This document shows, in pieces, positions 42,401 to 53,123 of a DNA stretch of 64,000 nucleotides. The DNA lies in the IMG/VR virus record IMGVR_UViG_3300025470_001263; one strand, written 5' to 3'. A program made the position numbers and the translations under genes. Under the pieces are notes generated by a model that was not told the DNA's origin, made no database searches, and saw only the letters and a program-made list of their open reading frames with translations. This DNA comes from an uncultured virus (IMG/VR IMGVR_UViG_3300025470_001263). Its lineage: Duplodnaviria; Heunggongvirae; Uroviricota; Caudoviricetes. The stretch's first letter is position 1. The number at the start of each line of letters is the position of its first letter.

Positions 42401-45400
42401 ACTAACTCCCGATATACCTGAAGAACCACTTGTTCCTGATGTACCATCCACACCACTAGTTCCGCTTGTACCATCGACACCGCTCGTACCAGAAGAACCA
42501 TCAGTTCCGCTTGTACCATCCGTGCCACTAGTACCTGAAGTACCATCTGTGCCTGAAGTTCCGTCGGTTCCACTTGTACCTGAAGTTCCGTCAGTTCCTG
42601 AAGTACCATCTGTACCTGAAGTGCCACTTGTTCCGTCAATACCTGAAGTACCAGAAGAACCGTTTACACCCGAAATACCTGATGAACCACTTGTACCATC
42701 CGTACCACTCGTTCCTGATGTACCATCTATACCTGAAGTACCGCTAGTACCGTCAATACCTGATGTGCCACTAGTACCATCTGTTCCTGAGGTCCCTGAT
42801 GTACCATCTATACCTGAAGTACCTGAACTACCATCCGTACCACTTGTACCAGATGATCCGTCCGTACCACTTGTTCCTGATGTACCGTCTGTACCACTAA
42901 CACCTGAAGTACCGCTTGAACCATCGGTTCCGCTTGTACCACTCGTTCCATCGACACCACTAGTACCACTTGTACCGTCCACACCGCTTGTACCGCTTGT
43001 TCCATCGACACCTGAAGTGCCAGATGTTCCACTTGTACCTGAAGAACCAGTACCGCCCGATGCCCCACCTAAATTAACTGTCCAAGTTGAGTATGTACCA
43101 CTACCTTGAATAGAAGTAACATTTACACTCATACTACCCGTAGAGTTATCATAAGTTATAACCGAACCTATCATATAATCACTAACATCATAAGCAATTA
43201 AAACTTCTTGAGCTAATGTATATGCTAAATTAGTGCCTACTTGTAAATTTTGAACACCTAATCCTATTGTTAAGGTTGATAGAGATGATGTTTCATATCT
43301 ATCACCTGAATAACCACTTGTTCCCGATGTACCACTTGAACCATCAATCCCTGCAATACCTGATAAACCCGAAGAACCTGATGTGCCATCACTTCCTGAA
43401 GTGCCTGAAGTACCGTCGGTTCCTGAAGTACCGCTTGAGCCGTCTGTTCCTGATGTTCCACTTGTTCCATCAGTTCCTGAAGTACCGCTAGTTCCATCTG
43501 TACCACTCGTTCCTGATGTGCCACTTGTACCATCTGTACCACTTGTACCACTCGTACCATCTATTCCTGAAGTCCCACTTGTTCCGTCAATACCTGAAGT
43601 ACCCGAAGTACCATCTGTTCCTGATGTACCGCTTGAGCCGTCAGTTCCACTTGTTCCAGACGTTCCATCTGTTCCTGAAGTACCATCAGTTCCTGATGTA
43701 CCATCCGTACCACTCGTTCCTGATGTACCATCAATACCACTAGTCCCTGATGTACCATCTATACCTGAAGTGCCACTTGAACCATCGGTTCCACTTGTTC
43801 CTGAACTACCGTCAGTACCACTTGTACCTGAAGAACCATCAGTTCCTGATGTACCATCCGTACCACTTGTACCTGATGTACCATCTATACCTGATGTGCC
43901 TGAAGTACCGTTACTTCCACTAGTTCCTGAAGAGCCATCAATACCTGACGTACCTGAAGTACCGTCGGTTCCATCAACACCTGAAATACCTGAGCTTCCA
44001 CTTGTACCATCTGTTCCTGAACTTCCTGAAGTACCGTCTGTTCCACTAGTGCCTGAAGTTCCATCCATACCTGAACTTCCACTCGTACCTGAAGTACCAT
44101 TTTGACCAGAACTTCCTGATGTTCCACTTGTTCCATCTGAACCACTAGTACCGCTTGTTCCATCAGTTCCACTAATTCCTGATGTACCACTTGTACCGTT
44201 TCTACCTGAAGTTCCTGAAGAGCCACTTGTACCATCAATACCACTTGTACCTGAAGAACCGTCTGTTCCACTTGTTCCATCAATACCTGAAGTACCGCTT
44301 GAACCATTTACGCCTGATATACCTGATGAACCACTTGTACCTGAAGTACCATCTATACCTGAAGTGCCACTAGATCCGTCAGTACCTGAAGTACCCGATG
44401 TACCATTTGTTCCATCAATACCTGAGGTACCTGAAGTACCATCTATTCCACTTGTTCCTGATGACCCGTCTGTTCCGCTTGTACCCGATGTACCATCTGT
44501 TCCACTAGTACCGCTTGAGCCATCAGTACCGCTTACTCCTGAAATACCTGAAGTACCACTAGTACCATCTGTACCATCAATACCACTTGTACCTGAAGAG
44601 CCGTCTGTACCTGAAGTACCAGACGTTCCGTCTATACCTGAAGTACCTGAAGAACCATCAGTTCCTGATGTTCCTGAAGTTCCGTCTGTTCCACTTATAC
44701 CTGAAGTACCATCTGTACCTGATGTACCAGATGTTCCGTCTATACCTGAAGTACCACTTGTTCCGTCAATACCTGATGTTCCGCTTGTTCCTGAAGTACC
44801 ATCAACACCACTAGTACCTGATGTACCACTTGTACCAGAAATACCATCAGTTCCACTTGTACCCGATGTTCCACTTGTACCATCCATTCCACTTGTTCCT
44901 GATGTACCATCAGTTCCGCTAGTACCATCGGTTCCACTAGTTCCTGAAGTACCGTCTATACCAGATGTACCACTTGTTCCTGAAGAACCTGTAACACCAA
45001 CTGCACCATCTAAATTTACTGTCCAAGTATTGAATGTTCCACTACCATAATTTTTATCAACATTAACATTAATTTCACCTGTACCACTATTATATGAGTT
45101 AACTTTTGCAACCATATAATTAATCGAATCATGTGCAATAACAATTTCTTGAGCAATTGTATATGCTAAACCTGTACCAATTGTAAAATCTAAAGTTGTT
45201 CCAATTGATGATATTGTTAAGTTATTTGAAGATGTTGTTGAATATTTGTCACCATTAGCACCACTAGTCCCTGATGTACCGCTTGTTCCGTCCACACCTG
45301 AAGTACCTGAAGTACCATCCGTTCCTGATTGACCGTCTGTTCCACTTGTTCCTGCACTTCCTGAAGAACCAGATGTTCCTGAAGAACCTGAACTGCCTGA

Positions 45401-46198
45401 AGAGCCTGATGTACCAGATGAACCGCTAGAACCCGATGTACCTGAAGAACCGTTTGAACCTGAGCTACCTGAAGTACCTGATGTTCCACTTGTTCCTGAT
45501 GTTCCGCTTGTACCTGAAGTACCACTAGAACTTGAACCGCCACCGCTTGTAAATCCTGTTAGAGGTTGTGTACCACCTGTGGCATTATATAAAGTTAAAG
45601 TTCCTGAACCTGAATCGTATGTAGCACCTGTTACAGCAATATTGTTTGGATCGTGAAATACTCTCCAATTCGCATTACTTCTTGTTGTTCCACTTACACC
45701 CTCAATTGTTGATCCTGTCCACGCAGAAATTAATGCGTGACCTGATGTTTTCTCAGCACCACCAACTCTATCATAAACATAGTAACCTATTGATCCATTT
45801 GCAACAATACAACCATCAGCATTTGCGTTGTTATATAAAGTATCGTAATTGTCTATTGAAAATTGATAAACAGTGTTTGATTGATACACATAAACCAACA
45901 TTCCCAATCTTCTTCTACCTGTAGAAATATTATCACTGTTAAGTAATAATTTATCAGTAAGAGTCGCAACGGGTCTTATATATAAATTTACAGGAATTGT
46001 GTTTCCTGAATTTTGTATTTGTCCTGTTGCTCCAAAAGTTGAAAAGTTTAAATCGTTTAACGACCAAACTTCCATATATCCACCAATCCCATAGGTACTG
46101 AAATTAGTACCATAAAATTGACTAAGACTTGTTGGTGATGAAGGTCCTACAACGGCTAATGAAGTGTTAAGTGGATTAGTGTATTGAAATGTACTCAT
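39443..46198 (-). CDS. Giant Asp-rich Gly-X-X repeat fibre protein (2251 aa)
   Basis: (GTS/GTD/GID)n with four internal modules; N-terminal [11 protein letters not shown]-terminal IDGGTY. Confidence 0.8.
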   Translation of the reverse strand: MSTFQYTNPLNTSLAVVGPSSPTSLSQFYGTNFSTYGIGGYMEVWSLNDLNFSTFGATGQIQNSGNTIPVNLYIRPVATLTDKLLLNSDNISTGRRRLGMLVYVYQSNTVYQFSIDNYDTLYNNANADGCIVANGSIGYYVYDRVGGAEKTSGHALISAWTGSTIEGVSGTTRSNANWRVFHDPNNIAVTGATYDSGSGTLTLYNATGGTQPLTGFTSGGGSSSSGTSGTSGTSGTSGTSGTSGSSGSNGSSGTSGSSGSSGTSGSSGSSGSSGTSGSSGSAGTSGTDGQSGTDGTSGTSGVDGTSGTSGTSGANGDKYSTTSSNNLTISSIGTTLDFTIGTGLAYTIAQEIVIAHDSINYMVAKVNSYNSGTGEINVNVDKNYGSGTFNTWTVNLDGAVGVTGSSGTSGTSGIDGTSGTSGTDGTSGTDGTSGTSGMDGTSGTSGTSGTDGISGTSGTSGTSGVDGTSGTSGTSGIDGTSGTSGIDGTSGTSGTDGTSGISGTDGTSGTSGTDGSSGTSGIDGTSGTSGTDGSSGTSGIDGTDGTSGTSGISGVSGTDGSSGTSGTDGTSGTSGTDGSSGTSGIDGTSGTSGIDGTNGTSGTSGTDGSSGTSGIDGTSGTSGSSGISGVNGSSGTSGIDGTSGTDGSSGTSGIDGTSGSSGTSGRNGTSGTSGISGTDGTSGTSGSDGTSGTSGSSGQNGTSGTSGSSGMDGTSGTSGTDGTSGSSGTDGTSGSSGISGVDGTDGTSGTSGIDGSSGTSGSNGTSGTSGIDGTSGTSGTDGTSGTDGSSGTSGTDGSSGTSGTDGSSGTSGIDGTSGTSGIDGTSGTSGTDGTSGTDGTSGTDGTSGTSGTDGSSGTSGTDGTSGTSGIDGTSGTSGIDGTSGTSGTDGTSGTSGTSGTDGTSGTSGTDGTSGTSGTDGSSGTSGTDGTSGTSGSDGTSGSSGLSGIAGIDGSSGTSGTSGYSGDRYETSSLSTLTIGLGVQNLQVGTNLAYTLAQEVLIAYDVSDYMIGSVITYDNSTGSMSVNVTSIQGSGTYSTWTVNLGGASGGTGSSGTSGTSGTSGVDGTSGTSGVDGTSGTSGVDGTSGTSGTDGSSGTSGVSGTDGTSGTSGTDGSSGTSGTDGSSGTSGIDGTSGTSGTDGTSGTSGIDGTSGTSGIDGTSGTSGTDGTSGSSGISGVNGSSGTSGIDGTSGTSGTDGTSGTDGTSGTSGTDGTSGTDGTSGTSGTDGTSGTDGSSGTSGVDGTSGTSGVDGTSGTSGSSGISGVSGTDGSSGTSGTDGTSGTSGMDGTSGTSGVDGTSGTSGTDGSSGTSGIDGTSGTDGTSGTSGTDGTSGTDGTSGTDGTSGTSGLGFTSRGTWDSLTTYYLNDVVDYDGSSYVANVLNTNSAPPGGNWNLIAQAGTNGTSGTDGTSGTSGTDGTSGTDGTSGTSGTDGTSGTDGSSGTSGTDGTSGTSGIDGTSGTSGVDGTSGTDGTSGTSGTDGTSGTSGIDGTSGSSGISGVDGTDGTSGTSGTDGTSGTSGMDGTSGTSGTDGTSGTDGSSGTSGTDGTSGTDGSSGTSGIDGTSGTSGTDGTSGTSGISGINGTDGTSGTSGTDGTSGTSGTDGTSGTSGTDGTSGTSGIDGTSGTSGTDGTSGIDGTSGTSGTDGTSGTSGIDGTSGTSGTDGSSGTSGSDGTSGIDGTSGTSGSSGISGVSGTDGSSGTSGTSGTDGTSGTSGIDGTSGTDGTSGTSGTDGTSGTSGTDGTSGTSGSDGTSGTSGSDGTSGTDGTSGTSGSDGTSGTSGTDGTSGTSGSDGTSGTSGTSGLNGDKYSTTSTTTLTLDTVSGDTITFTAGLGLAYTTAQDIIIAYDINNYMIARVDSYDPATGIFLAAVIEGGQGTGTYSNWSINLDGAVGFNGTSGTSGTDGTSGTSGIDGTSGTSGSDGTSGTSGTDGTSGTDGSSGTSGTDGTSGTSGSDGSSGTSGTDGTSGTDGTSGTSGTDGTSGTDGSSGTSGTDGTSGSSGIDGSSGTSGSSGSNGSSGTSGSDGTSGTSGSSGISGVDGTDGTSGTSGTDGTSGTSGIDGMSGTDGSSGTSGTDGSSGTSGTDGTSGTSGISGVDGTDGSSGTSGTDGTSGTSGTDGTSGTSGTDGTSGTSGTDGTSGISGTDGTSGTSGSDGTSGTSGDSLFEYNPTTSGWTTTNELTISGSLNIDGNLTLTDTTGVDYGNVSSQVMLLNSGSQVAFTPLPTGSLSLDSVLGYADSDGTLVFSNIIDGGTY

Positions 46199-46234
46199 TT
46201 AATTTTTTTGTTTTTTATAAATATCATTTTTGTT

Positions 46235-49200
46235 TTATGAATTTGCCTTGAAGAAGAAATTATTTGGATTCGGAGTACCTGGATCACCAGTTACCCATCC
46301 TGCTCCTGCTCCTGCAACTGTATACATTCTATAATGTCCGTGAGGCCAGTTAGGACCTGTGTAATTAAGGTCAATTACATCAAGTGTATAATCCACACCT
46401 GTCGCTGTTAATGAATTAGGTGCTCCTAAATAATTTATTCCGAATTGAGTATATACTGTGTTGTTAGTTAATGAAAGTGGTACAAGAAAAACAAATTGTA
46501 CCGCACCTTTAACTGTTCCCGCTGGAACTTCTGTTGTTTCCACCATATATGCATTTATTGGATTACCAAAAGCATCTGTACCTCCACTTGATTGTGGAAC
46601 AGTTTGTTTTATAACAGGAGTTACATTTGTTGTACCTGTTACAAATCCCGGCCAATCCATCCATATTAATAAGTCAGTAGCGTTATATCCTGCACCACCT
46701 GATGCTGTGAATCCATACCAACCATTAACTGAATTTGCGTACATATATGAACCTATATCAGTATTGTTAGGGCCTGTGAATAATGAATCATCACCTGATT
46801 CCATAAACAATAATGCTTTACCAACTGAAGCTGTTGCTGTAGGAGTAACAGTTGGAGTTGGCGTCAAAGTTGGTGTAACACTCACTGTAACTGTTGGTGT
46901 TACTGTAGGTGTAGGAGTTGTTGTATGTGTTGGTGTAACACTTGGAGTTATACTTGGTGTAACCGTAATTGTTGGTGTTACTGTTGGAGTAACAGTATGT
47001 GTAGGTGTTACACTAGGGGTTGGTGTAACTGTTACTGCAGGGGTTGATGTTGGAGTTGGAGTTGGGGTTGGAGAAGGGCAATATGCACCTAATGCAACTC
47101 TTTGCCAACTATTTGGTCCAACACAAACATAGATGTAACTTGAATCCCAACAAATTTCTCCTGTTGAACAAGGATCATCACACAATGGTGATTTCTGACT
47201 TGCTTTTAATAAACCTACTAAATTTAGAACTTGACCATCAAAAGTTAAATTATTATTAACATTAACCGTATTACCTGAACCTGAATAAGTTAAAACACCA
47301 TTAGTTGTGTTTCCTGATAAATTCAAACTTCCTGATGTTCCTGAAGAACCGTCGCTTCCTGATGTTCCGCTTGTTCCATTACTACCAGATAAACCAGATG
47401 TTCCACTTGAACCTGAAGTACCTGATGAACCTGTTTGCCCATCTGTACCACTTGTTCCCGAAGAACCTGATTGTCCACTCATTCCTGAACTACCTGATGA
47501 ACCAGATGAACCTGAACTTCCTGATGAACCTGATGAACCAGTTCCACCTGATGTTCCGCTTGTTCCTGAGGAACCATTCACACCTGAAATACCTGAAGAA
47601 CCACTTGTTCCTGAAGTACCATCAACCCCACTAGAGCCTGATGTTCCACTATCACCACTTGTACCTGAAGTACCTGTTGCTGATAATAAATTCCAGTTAC
47701 CACCTGGAGGTGCTGAGTTTGTATTTAATGTGTTTGCCACATATGAACTTCCTTGATAGTCAACAACATCGAATGCGTTATATGTTGCACTTGAATTCCA
47801 AGTACCTCTCAATGTAAATCCTTGACCACTAGTACCACTTGTTCCTGATGAACCTGTACCACCCGATGTTCCACTTGTTCCTGAAGTACCTGTAGCTCCT
47901 GATGAACCCGATGTTCCTGAAGAACCACTTGTTCCATTACCAGATGAACCAGACGAACCCGAACTACCTGATGAACCTGAGGTACCATTAAGACCACTCG
48001 TTCCGCTTGTACCATTTACACCTGATGAACCACTTGTTCCCGATGAACCTGTGTTACCACTAGATCCAGATGAACCTGAACTTCCTGATGTACCATTACC
48101 TGAAGAACCACTAGACCCTGAGGATCCAGATGAGCCATTTGTGCCTGAAGTACCATTTGTACCATCTCTACCTGAAGATCCTGATGTACCTGAAGTACCG
48201 TTGAAACCAACTGCACCATTCAAGTTGATAGACCAATTGGTATATGTTCCTGAACCTGATACATAAGTTATAGTTGCCGTAAATACACCTGTTACTGGAT
48301 TATATGTGTTGATTGTTGCAACCATATAATCACTAATTGAGTAAGCTACAAGGATTGCTTGAGCTGTTGTATATGCTAAATTTTTTCCTGCTGTGAATGT
48401 GATTGAACCACCGATTGAACCTATAGTAATGGAAGTAGTTGATGTTGTTGAATATCTATCTCCGTTTGCACCTGATGTACCTGAAGTACCTGATGAACCG
48501 TCACAACCACTTGTCCCTGAACTACCATTTTGTCCTGATGTCCCTGAACTACCATTTTGTCCTGATGTTCCGCTTGTACCACTTGTACCACTTGTACCTG
48601 CGGTACCTGTTGAACCCATTTGACCTGAAGTTCCTGATGACCCACTTGTTCCGCTTGTACCTGATGTACCGCTTGAACCATTGCTACCAGATGTTCCTGA
48701 AGAACCATTACTACCTGAAGTACCAGATGTTCCTGATGTACCGCTAGTTCCCGAAGTACCATTACTTCCTGAACTTCCTGAAGAACCGCTAGTGCCTGAA
48801 GTACCGTGAGAACCTGAAGTTCCCGATGTACCGTTTTGTCCAGACGTTCCACTTGTTCCTGAAGTACCATTACCTGAAGTACCTGATGTTCCTGTGCTAC
48901 CACTTGTTCCACTAGTACCTGAAGTACCTGATGTTCCTGTGCTACCACTTGTTCCACTAGTACCAGTACTACCGCTTGTTCCACTTGTACCCGATGTACC
49001 GTGTGAACCACTTGTACCAGAAGTTCCGCTAGTTCCTGAAGTACCACTTGTACCTGTGCTTCCTGATGTGCCACTTGTTCCACTAGTTCCTGTTGAACCT
49101 GACGAACCTGAAGTACCAGATGAACCTGAAGTACCTGAACTACCAGAAGAACCACTAGTTCCACTTGTACCTGATGTACCACTTGTACCACTAGTTCCTG

Positions 49201-49540
49201 ATGAACCACTTGTACCAGATGTTCCACTTGATCCTGAGCTTCCTGAAGAACCACTTGTACCAGAAGTACCCGATGTTCCACTAGACCCCGAACTACCAGA
49301 TGAACCACTTATACCAGATGTTCCGCTTGTACCTGAAGTACCTGATGAACCACTAGTACCTGAAGTACCTGTTCCGCCTGTTATTGCTTCGACAATTTGA
49401 TATAAACTTTGCCCTGAAAGTATTACATCATCTGCGTATATTGTATTAATAGGAGTACCTGTACTACCTAAATCAATTGTTACACCAGAAGGTATATTAA
49501 GGGTGTCAATCTGTGTCCAATTTATCTGTTGATGGGCCAT
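46235..49540 (-). CDS. Gly-X-Ser repeat plus Thr-Pro linker fibre protein (1101 aa)
   Basis: (GTS/GSS)n with the same internal modules; GEICWDSSYIYVC...WQR motif; (TP)n. Confidence 0.8.
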   Translation of the reverse strand: MAHQQINWTQIDTLNIPSGVTIDLGSTGTPINTIYADDVILSGQSLYQIVEAITGGTGTSGTSGSSGTSGTSGTSGISGSSGSSGSSGTSGTSGTSGSSGSSGSSGTSGTSGSSGTSGTSGTSGTSGTSGSSGSSGTSGSSGTSGSSGSTGTSGTSGTSGSTGTSGTSGTSGTSGTSGSHGTSGTSGTSGSTGTSGTSGSTGTSGTSGTSGTSGSTGTSGTSGNGTSGTSGTSGQNGTSGTSGSHGTSGTSGSSGSSGSNGTSGTSGTSGTSGTSGSNGSSGTSGSNGSSGTSGTSGTSGSSGTSGQMGSTGTAGTSGTSGTSGTSGQNGSSGTSGQNGSSGTSGCDGSSGTSGTSGANGDRYSTTSTTSITIGSIGGSITFTAGKNLAYTTAQAILVAYSISDYMVATINTYNPVTGVFTATITYVSGSGTYTNWSINLNGAVGFNGTSGTSGSSGRDGTNGTSGTNGSSGSSGSSGSSGNGTSGSSGSSGSSGNTGSSGTSGSSGVNGTSGTSGLNGTSGSSGSSGSSGSSGNGTSGSSGTSGSSGATGTSGTSGTSGGTGSSGTSGTSGQGFTLRGTWNSSATYNAFDVVDYQGSSYVANTLNTNSAPPGGNWNLLSATGTSGTSGDSGTSGSSGVDGTSGTSGSSGISGVNGSSGTSGTSGGTGSSGSSGSSGSSGSSGSSGMSGQSGSSGTSGTDGQTGSSGTSGSSGTSGLSGSNGTSGTSGSDGSSGTSGSLNLSGNTTNGVLTYSGSGNTVNVNNNLTFDGQVLNLVGLLKASQKSPLCDDPCSTGEICWDSSYIYVCVGPNSWQRVALGAYCPSPTPTPTPTSTPAVTVTPTPSVTPTHTVTPTVTPTITVTPSITPSVTPTHTTTPTPTVTPTVTVSVTPTLTPTPTVTPTATASVGKALLFMESGDDSLFTGPNNTDIGSYMYANSVNGWYGFTASGGAGYNATDLLIWMDWPGFVTGTTNVTPVIKQTVPQSSGGTDAFGNPINAYMVETTEVPAGTVKGAVQFVFLVPLSLTNNTVYTQFGINYLGAPNSLTATGVDYTLDVIDLNYTGPNWPHGHYRMYTVAGAGAGWVTGDPGTPNPNNFFFKANS

Positions 49541-49567
49541 GTAAAAGTTAAGTCTTTTACATAAATA
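49539..49567 (-). promoter_or_regulatory. Start-codon-sequestering hairpin overlapping the TATTTAT motif
   Basis: ATGTAAAAG-ACTTAA-CTTTTACAT(G), a 9-bp stem. Confidence 0.55.
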
Positions 49568-49589
49568 CTTTTATTATTAAATGATGCAC

Positions 49590-49617
49590 AAAAAAAGGGG
49601 ACAAATCCCCTTTTTTT
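49590..49617. terminator. Bidirectional-type intrinsic terminator
   Basis: A7-GGGGA-CAAA-TCCCC-T7. Confidence 0.8.
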
Positions 49618-49891
49618 ATTTTTCGATATATTTTTCAACTATTTGTATGGCCTCATCTTCATTTTTGTGATCTCTACCAGGAACAAAAACCATTCCTTCA
49701 TCACTATCATCTTGAGTTATATAGAGTGTAGGTAGTAAATTATAACCCGTTTGTTCAACAACTTGATTCCAAATATTTTGATTATTTGATATTTCAATTT
49801 CATTGAATGAATAAGATAATGAATTAAGTCTTTTTTTCAAACTATTGCAATGATCACATCCATTCAATGTGAATATTATTAACTTGTTCAT
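49616..49891 (-). CDS. Glutaredoxin-like protein
   Basis: CDHC active site, LPTL cis-Pro motif. Confidence 0.85.
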   Translation of the reverse strand: MNKLIIFTLNGCDHCNSLKKRLNSLSYSFNEIEISNNQNIWNQVVEQTGYNLLPTLYITQDDSDEGMVFVPGRDHKNEDEAIQIVEKYIEK

Positions 49892-50967
49892 TAATTTTTA
49901 AATCCTATTTTACTTTCTTTGTTTATTGACCTAATTTCTTCTACGTCTATATTGTAAATATCAGCTAAAGACATTGATTTTGTAACTTCGTGGTCTTTAC
50001 CTAAATGCTTTAATAATTTATTAGTTTCTTCAACGGTTAAATTTTCAAATTTATGTTCAGCAATTAATCGACCTTTACGAAGTAATGCTTGGTCGATTTT
50101 TTCTCTTTTCATATTGAAGGTAGCAATAATTTGAATGTTCAAACAATCGCCTAATATGCCATCAGTTAAATTAAGAATATTAGAAACACCTGCAGCAGAA
50201 CCATTACCTTCTCTATCTGAAATTACCCTTTCTCCATCTTCAATAATTAAAATAGTATTCTTATGGTCCATTAGAAATGGTATTATTGAAGGTTCAGATA
50301 ACATTTCAGCCATTGATGGAGGAATAAATAAAATTTTTTTATCGTGTACTAAACCAGATAAGTACTTAATATATGAAGTTTTACCAGTACCAGGGTCTCC
50401 GTGTAAAAGAATTATCCCTTTATCGTTTGGTTTATTTAATCTCTTAATGATAACATCGTGAATTTTTTTGAATGATGCTCCGTAATTCAACTCCAAATCC
50501 ATTTCAGGTATCGATAAGTCATATTCTTCAACATCTAAATGACCCATATCACTTTTCACTAAATTGATGTTACTTTTCTTTTTCTTTCTTTCATATTTTT
50601 TTATCTCATCCAAATTTAATTGTTTAGATAACTCACCATTACTCAAACTATAAATTATTTCAATTCTAAATAAATTTTCAGTTTTATTTTTATCACTACT
50701 ACCTGATTTTCTTATTAATATTTGTTTTTCTTTATTGATGAACAAAGATTGGTTAGCTGATTCGTGTTTTCTTCCCTGAGAAAATATAAAACATTCTTCT
50801 ACAAAACCATCTTCTTTGAAAAAATCAATTATAGTTTCATCATAATCTTGTTGGGTAACTCTTTTGGAAGGGATTAAATCAAATATGTGAACAAAAAACT
50901 GTTCTGAAGGTATTTCACTTCCATATACTGTGTCATATAAAGGATATGTATCGGGTAATTTTCTCAT
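49891..50967 (-). CDS. AAA+ ATPase
   Basis: GDPGTGKT Walker A, IIEDGE Walker B, ALLRKGR. Confidence 0.9.
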   Translation of the reverse strand: MRKLPDTYPLYDTVYGSEIPSEQFFVHIFDLIPSKRVTQQDYDETIIDFFKEDGFVEECFIFSQGRKHESANQSLFINKEKQILIRKSGSSDKNKTENLFRIEIIYSLSNGELSKQLNLDEIKKYERKKKKSNINLVKSDMGHLDVEEYDLSIPEMDLELNYGASFKKIHDVIIKRLNKPNDKGIILLHGDPGTGKTSYIKYLSGLVHDKKILFIPPSMAEMLSEPSIIPFLMDHKNTILIIEDGERVISDREGNGSAAGVSNILNLTDGILGDCLNIQIIATFNMKREKIDQALLRKGRLIAEHKFENLTVEETNKLLKHLGKDHEVTKSMSLADIYNIDVEEIRSINKESKIGFKN

Positions 50968-50983
50968 TTTTATAATTTTTTAA

Positions 50984-51322
50984 TTAATTTAAACAAATCA
51001 TCCCAAAATTCGGGAACTCAACAAATATACCATTTTTTACGAACAAATCGTGAGTCTCTTTTTTCTCAGGTTTAATAAATTCACTATCAGGTTTTTGTGC
51101 AATATGAATAGCTTGAACCGTTCTTTTTAATAATTCAAATTGATCTTGATTCAACATAGGGTCGCCATTGTCATCAAAATTTTTTTGCGCAATTTCGGTC
51201 ATATGTTCATAAAACAATTGTTCATTTGAATCTTTTAAAAAATATTCCGATGCTTCTTCGTTTTTTTTAAAATAATCTTTAACATTTTGAATATAAATCA
51301 ATACTTCTGGTGATAATTTCAT
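50984..51322 (-). CDS. Hypothetical protein
   Basis: Intact ORF within the operon. Confidence 0.7.
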   Translation of the reverse strand: MKLSPEVLIYIQNVKDYFKKNEEASEYFLKDSNEQLFYEHMTEIAQKNFDDNGDPMLNQDQFELLKRTVQAIHIAQKPDSEFIKPEKKETHDLFVKNGIFVEFPNFGMICLN

Positions 51323-51847
51323 TTATATTTTGTCGATTTGATTCAAAGTTAACGAAACAGGTGTATTTCTACCAAATATTTTTATTTCAACATTCACTTT
51401 TTCTCCTAAAATTTCAGTGACAGTACCTTCAAAACCTTTAAATGGTCCGTCATTAACCATAACTTTTTCTCCTGAATTGAATTTCAATTTTTTAGAATCT
51501 ATATGTTCTTCCAATAATTCATCTTTTAATATTCTTTGAATATCCGTTGAACTCATTAATAATGGTATTTTAATACCCATCATAGACATTATGTTTGGAA
51601 TCATAGATATCTCTTTCAACTCATCTTCATTCAAAGAATCATAGGCCTCAAAATAAAGATAACCGCTATAAATTACTTTTTCTCTTAATACTTTCTTATT
51701 TTTTACTAAAACCAAATTTTTTTCAGTTGGACAAACAAATCTATTCACTTTTTTTATTCGACCTGCTTCAATTTCTTTATTAAATTGTTCACTAAGTGAC
51801 CTTTCTTTACCTGGCATCACTTTAACAATATACCATTTTGTTGACAT
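51323..51847 (-). CDS. nusG: Transcription elongation/antitermination factor NusG
   Basis: NGN domain WYIVKV...GY; KOW domain GEKVMVNDGPFKGFEG...IFGRNTPV. Confidence 0.9.
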   Translation of the reverse strand: MSTKWYIVKVMPGKERSLSEQFNKEIEAGRIKKVNRFVCPTEKNLVLVKNKKVLREKVIYSGYLYFEAYDSLNEDELKEISMIPNIMSMMGIKIPLLMSSTDIQRILKDELLEEHIDSKKLKFNSGEKVMVNDGPFKGFEGTVTEILGEKVNVEIKIFGRNTPVSLTLNQIDKI

Positions 51848-51934
51848 AACTTTGTTTTAAACGTATTTTTTTATATATTAGTAATAATATAAACAAATTA
51901 TACACAAAAACAAATTAAAAGTATATATTTTATT

Positions 51935-52093
51935 ATGGCGTGCTCAAATTGTAAAAAGAAAACTAATGAAGAAAGAAAAGAAAGAATAATGAAACAAACT
52001 GAAGGGTTAACAAAAACCGCATTCATTGTTTTTATTGTTTGGTCTTTACTTGGTATTTATGGGTTGATTTCATTAATTCGTTTATTCATATGA
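51935..52093 (+). CDS. 52-aa CxxC plus transmembrane protein
   Basis: Not in the ORF track. MACSNCKKK...AFIVFIVWSLLGIYGLISLIRLFI; ATGA overlap with the next gene. Confidence 0.7.
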   Translation: MACSNCKKKTNEERKERIMKQTEGLTKTAFIVFIVWSLLGIYGLISLIRLFI

Positions 52094-52728
52094 AAAACGG
52101 TAAGTATTTTATAGTGCTTTTCTGTAACAAAAAAAGAGTAAAAATGTTGCATAAAAGTTTTAGAAGAACTACAATATATGAATATTGGAGGGAATTTAGA
52201 ACTCAGAAAAAACCTGTTTATGTTAGAAATATAGGCGGTCGAAAGAAAGAAGAATTATATTACGAATTAGCATTGATATTTCCAAATACAAGGTGGTCTA
52301 CAAATGTTTATGTAAAAGACAGTCTTGGGAGAAATATTGAGGCAAAATTGGATAATGATAAGTTCAGAATTAAGGAAATGATCCCTTATTGGGAGGAAGA
52401 GACTATATATGATTTTGAAACAAAAAAAAGAATTCGTTACCACGAATTAATTGATAAAATATTACCAATTCAAGAAATCGCCCAAATTTTCACTTTGAAC
52501 AATAAGTTATTTGTTCAAGTTGAAGAAAATATAAAAGTTTATGGTAATAGAAATCTATCAGATACCGATAGATTATTTAATTTAGTCAAAGATGATTTAA
52601 TCAAAAGAAAACGCGGTAATTTTTTATTTGTTCGAGATATTACCACACACCAAAGAAAAATACTTTACGATTTACTTGTAGCAAAAGGATTTAAAAGAAG
52701 AGAACTTTTTAGACATTATTCGTATTAA
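52090..52728 (+). CDS. Hypothetical basic protein
   Basis: ATG 52090 overlaps the upstream stop. Confidence 0.75.
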   Translation: MKNGKYFIVLFCNKKRVKMLHKSFRRTTIYEYWREFRTQKKPVYVRNIGGRKKEELYYELALIFPNTRWSTNVYVKDSLGRNIEAKLDNDKFRIKEMIPYWEEETIYDFETKKRIRYHELIDKILPIQEIAQIFTLNNKLFVQVEENIKVYGNRNLSDTDRLFNLVKDDLIKRKRGNFLFVRDITTHQRKILYDLLVAKGFKRRELFRHYSY

Positions 52729-52945
52729 AAATAATATCTATCATTCCAATTGTAATTGAAAAACTGTTTTCAGGCTTATCCATTTTAATTCCTCTTTTAT
52801 TTTGAATATACTCAAAAATATTATCGAACTCCATTTGGGATAATTCGAAAATTAATGTTTGAGATTTTGAATTAAAATTAATTTTTTCAACAAGATCTGA
52901 AATAATTGCAAGTTGGTTTAATATATCACCTTTTTTTTCTGTCAT
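52709..52945 (-). CDS. Hypothetical protein
   Basis: ORF within an overlapping gene run. Confidence 0.65.
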   Translation of the reverse strand: MTEKKGDILNQLAIISDLVEKINFNSKSQTLIFELSQMEFDNIFEYIQNKRGIKMDKPENSFSITIGMIDIIFNTNNV

Positions 52946-53123
52946 AACCTAAAATCTTAAATATTTTATCTATTGTTGATGTCTTTTCTTTTTTAAATAT
53001 TTGAGACTTATCTATTTGTTTTATTTCATCAATCATCCGATTCTTGTGCTTCTGTATCTCCTTCTGGTCCTTCTGTATCTCCTTGTCCAACCACTCCAAC
53101 CCCTGTTGTATCTTCTTGTCCAT
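52926..53123 (-). CDS. Hypothetical protein
   Basis: Charged helical ORF overlapping both neighbours. Confidence 0.55.
   Translation of the reverse strand: MDKKIQQGLEWLDKEIQKDQKEIQKHKNRMIDEIKQIDKSQIFKKEKTSTIDKIFKILGYDRKKR

Noticed and set aside
39720..45000. Host Bacteroidota O-glycosylation sequons in the Asp-rich repeats
   Set aside because: The repeats read D-G-T/S, not D-(S/T)-(A/I/L/V/M/T), and the proteins lack signal peptides
42003..47822. Diversity-generating retroelement TR/VR pair (similar CBM-like segments)
   Set aside because: Differences are mostly synonymous and not adenine-specific, both copies are coding, and no reverse transcriptase is in the window
23086..49400. Many long plus-strand (VP/EP/LVP-rich) and alternative-frame minus-strand (VVLQVQ-rich) ORFs
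   Set aside because: Shadows of the Gly-X-Ser codon repeats; they start and stop with the repeat tracts
22770..49540. CRISPR array or satellite repeat
   Set aside because: The periodicity is 9-nt coding triplets with synonymous variation; no constant repeat with unique spacers and no cas genes
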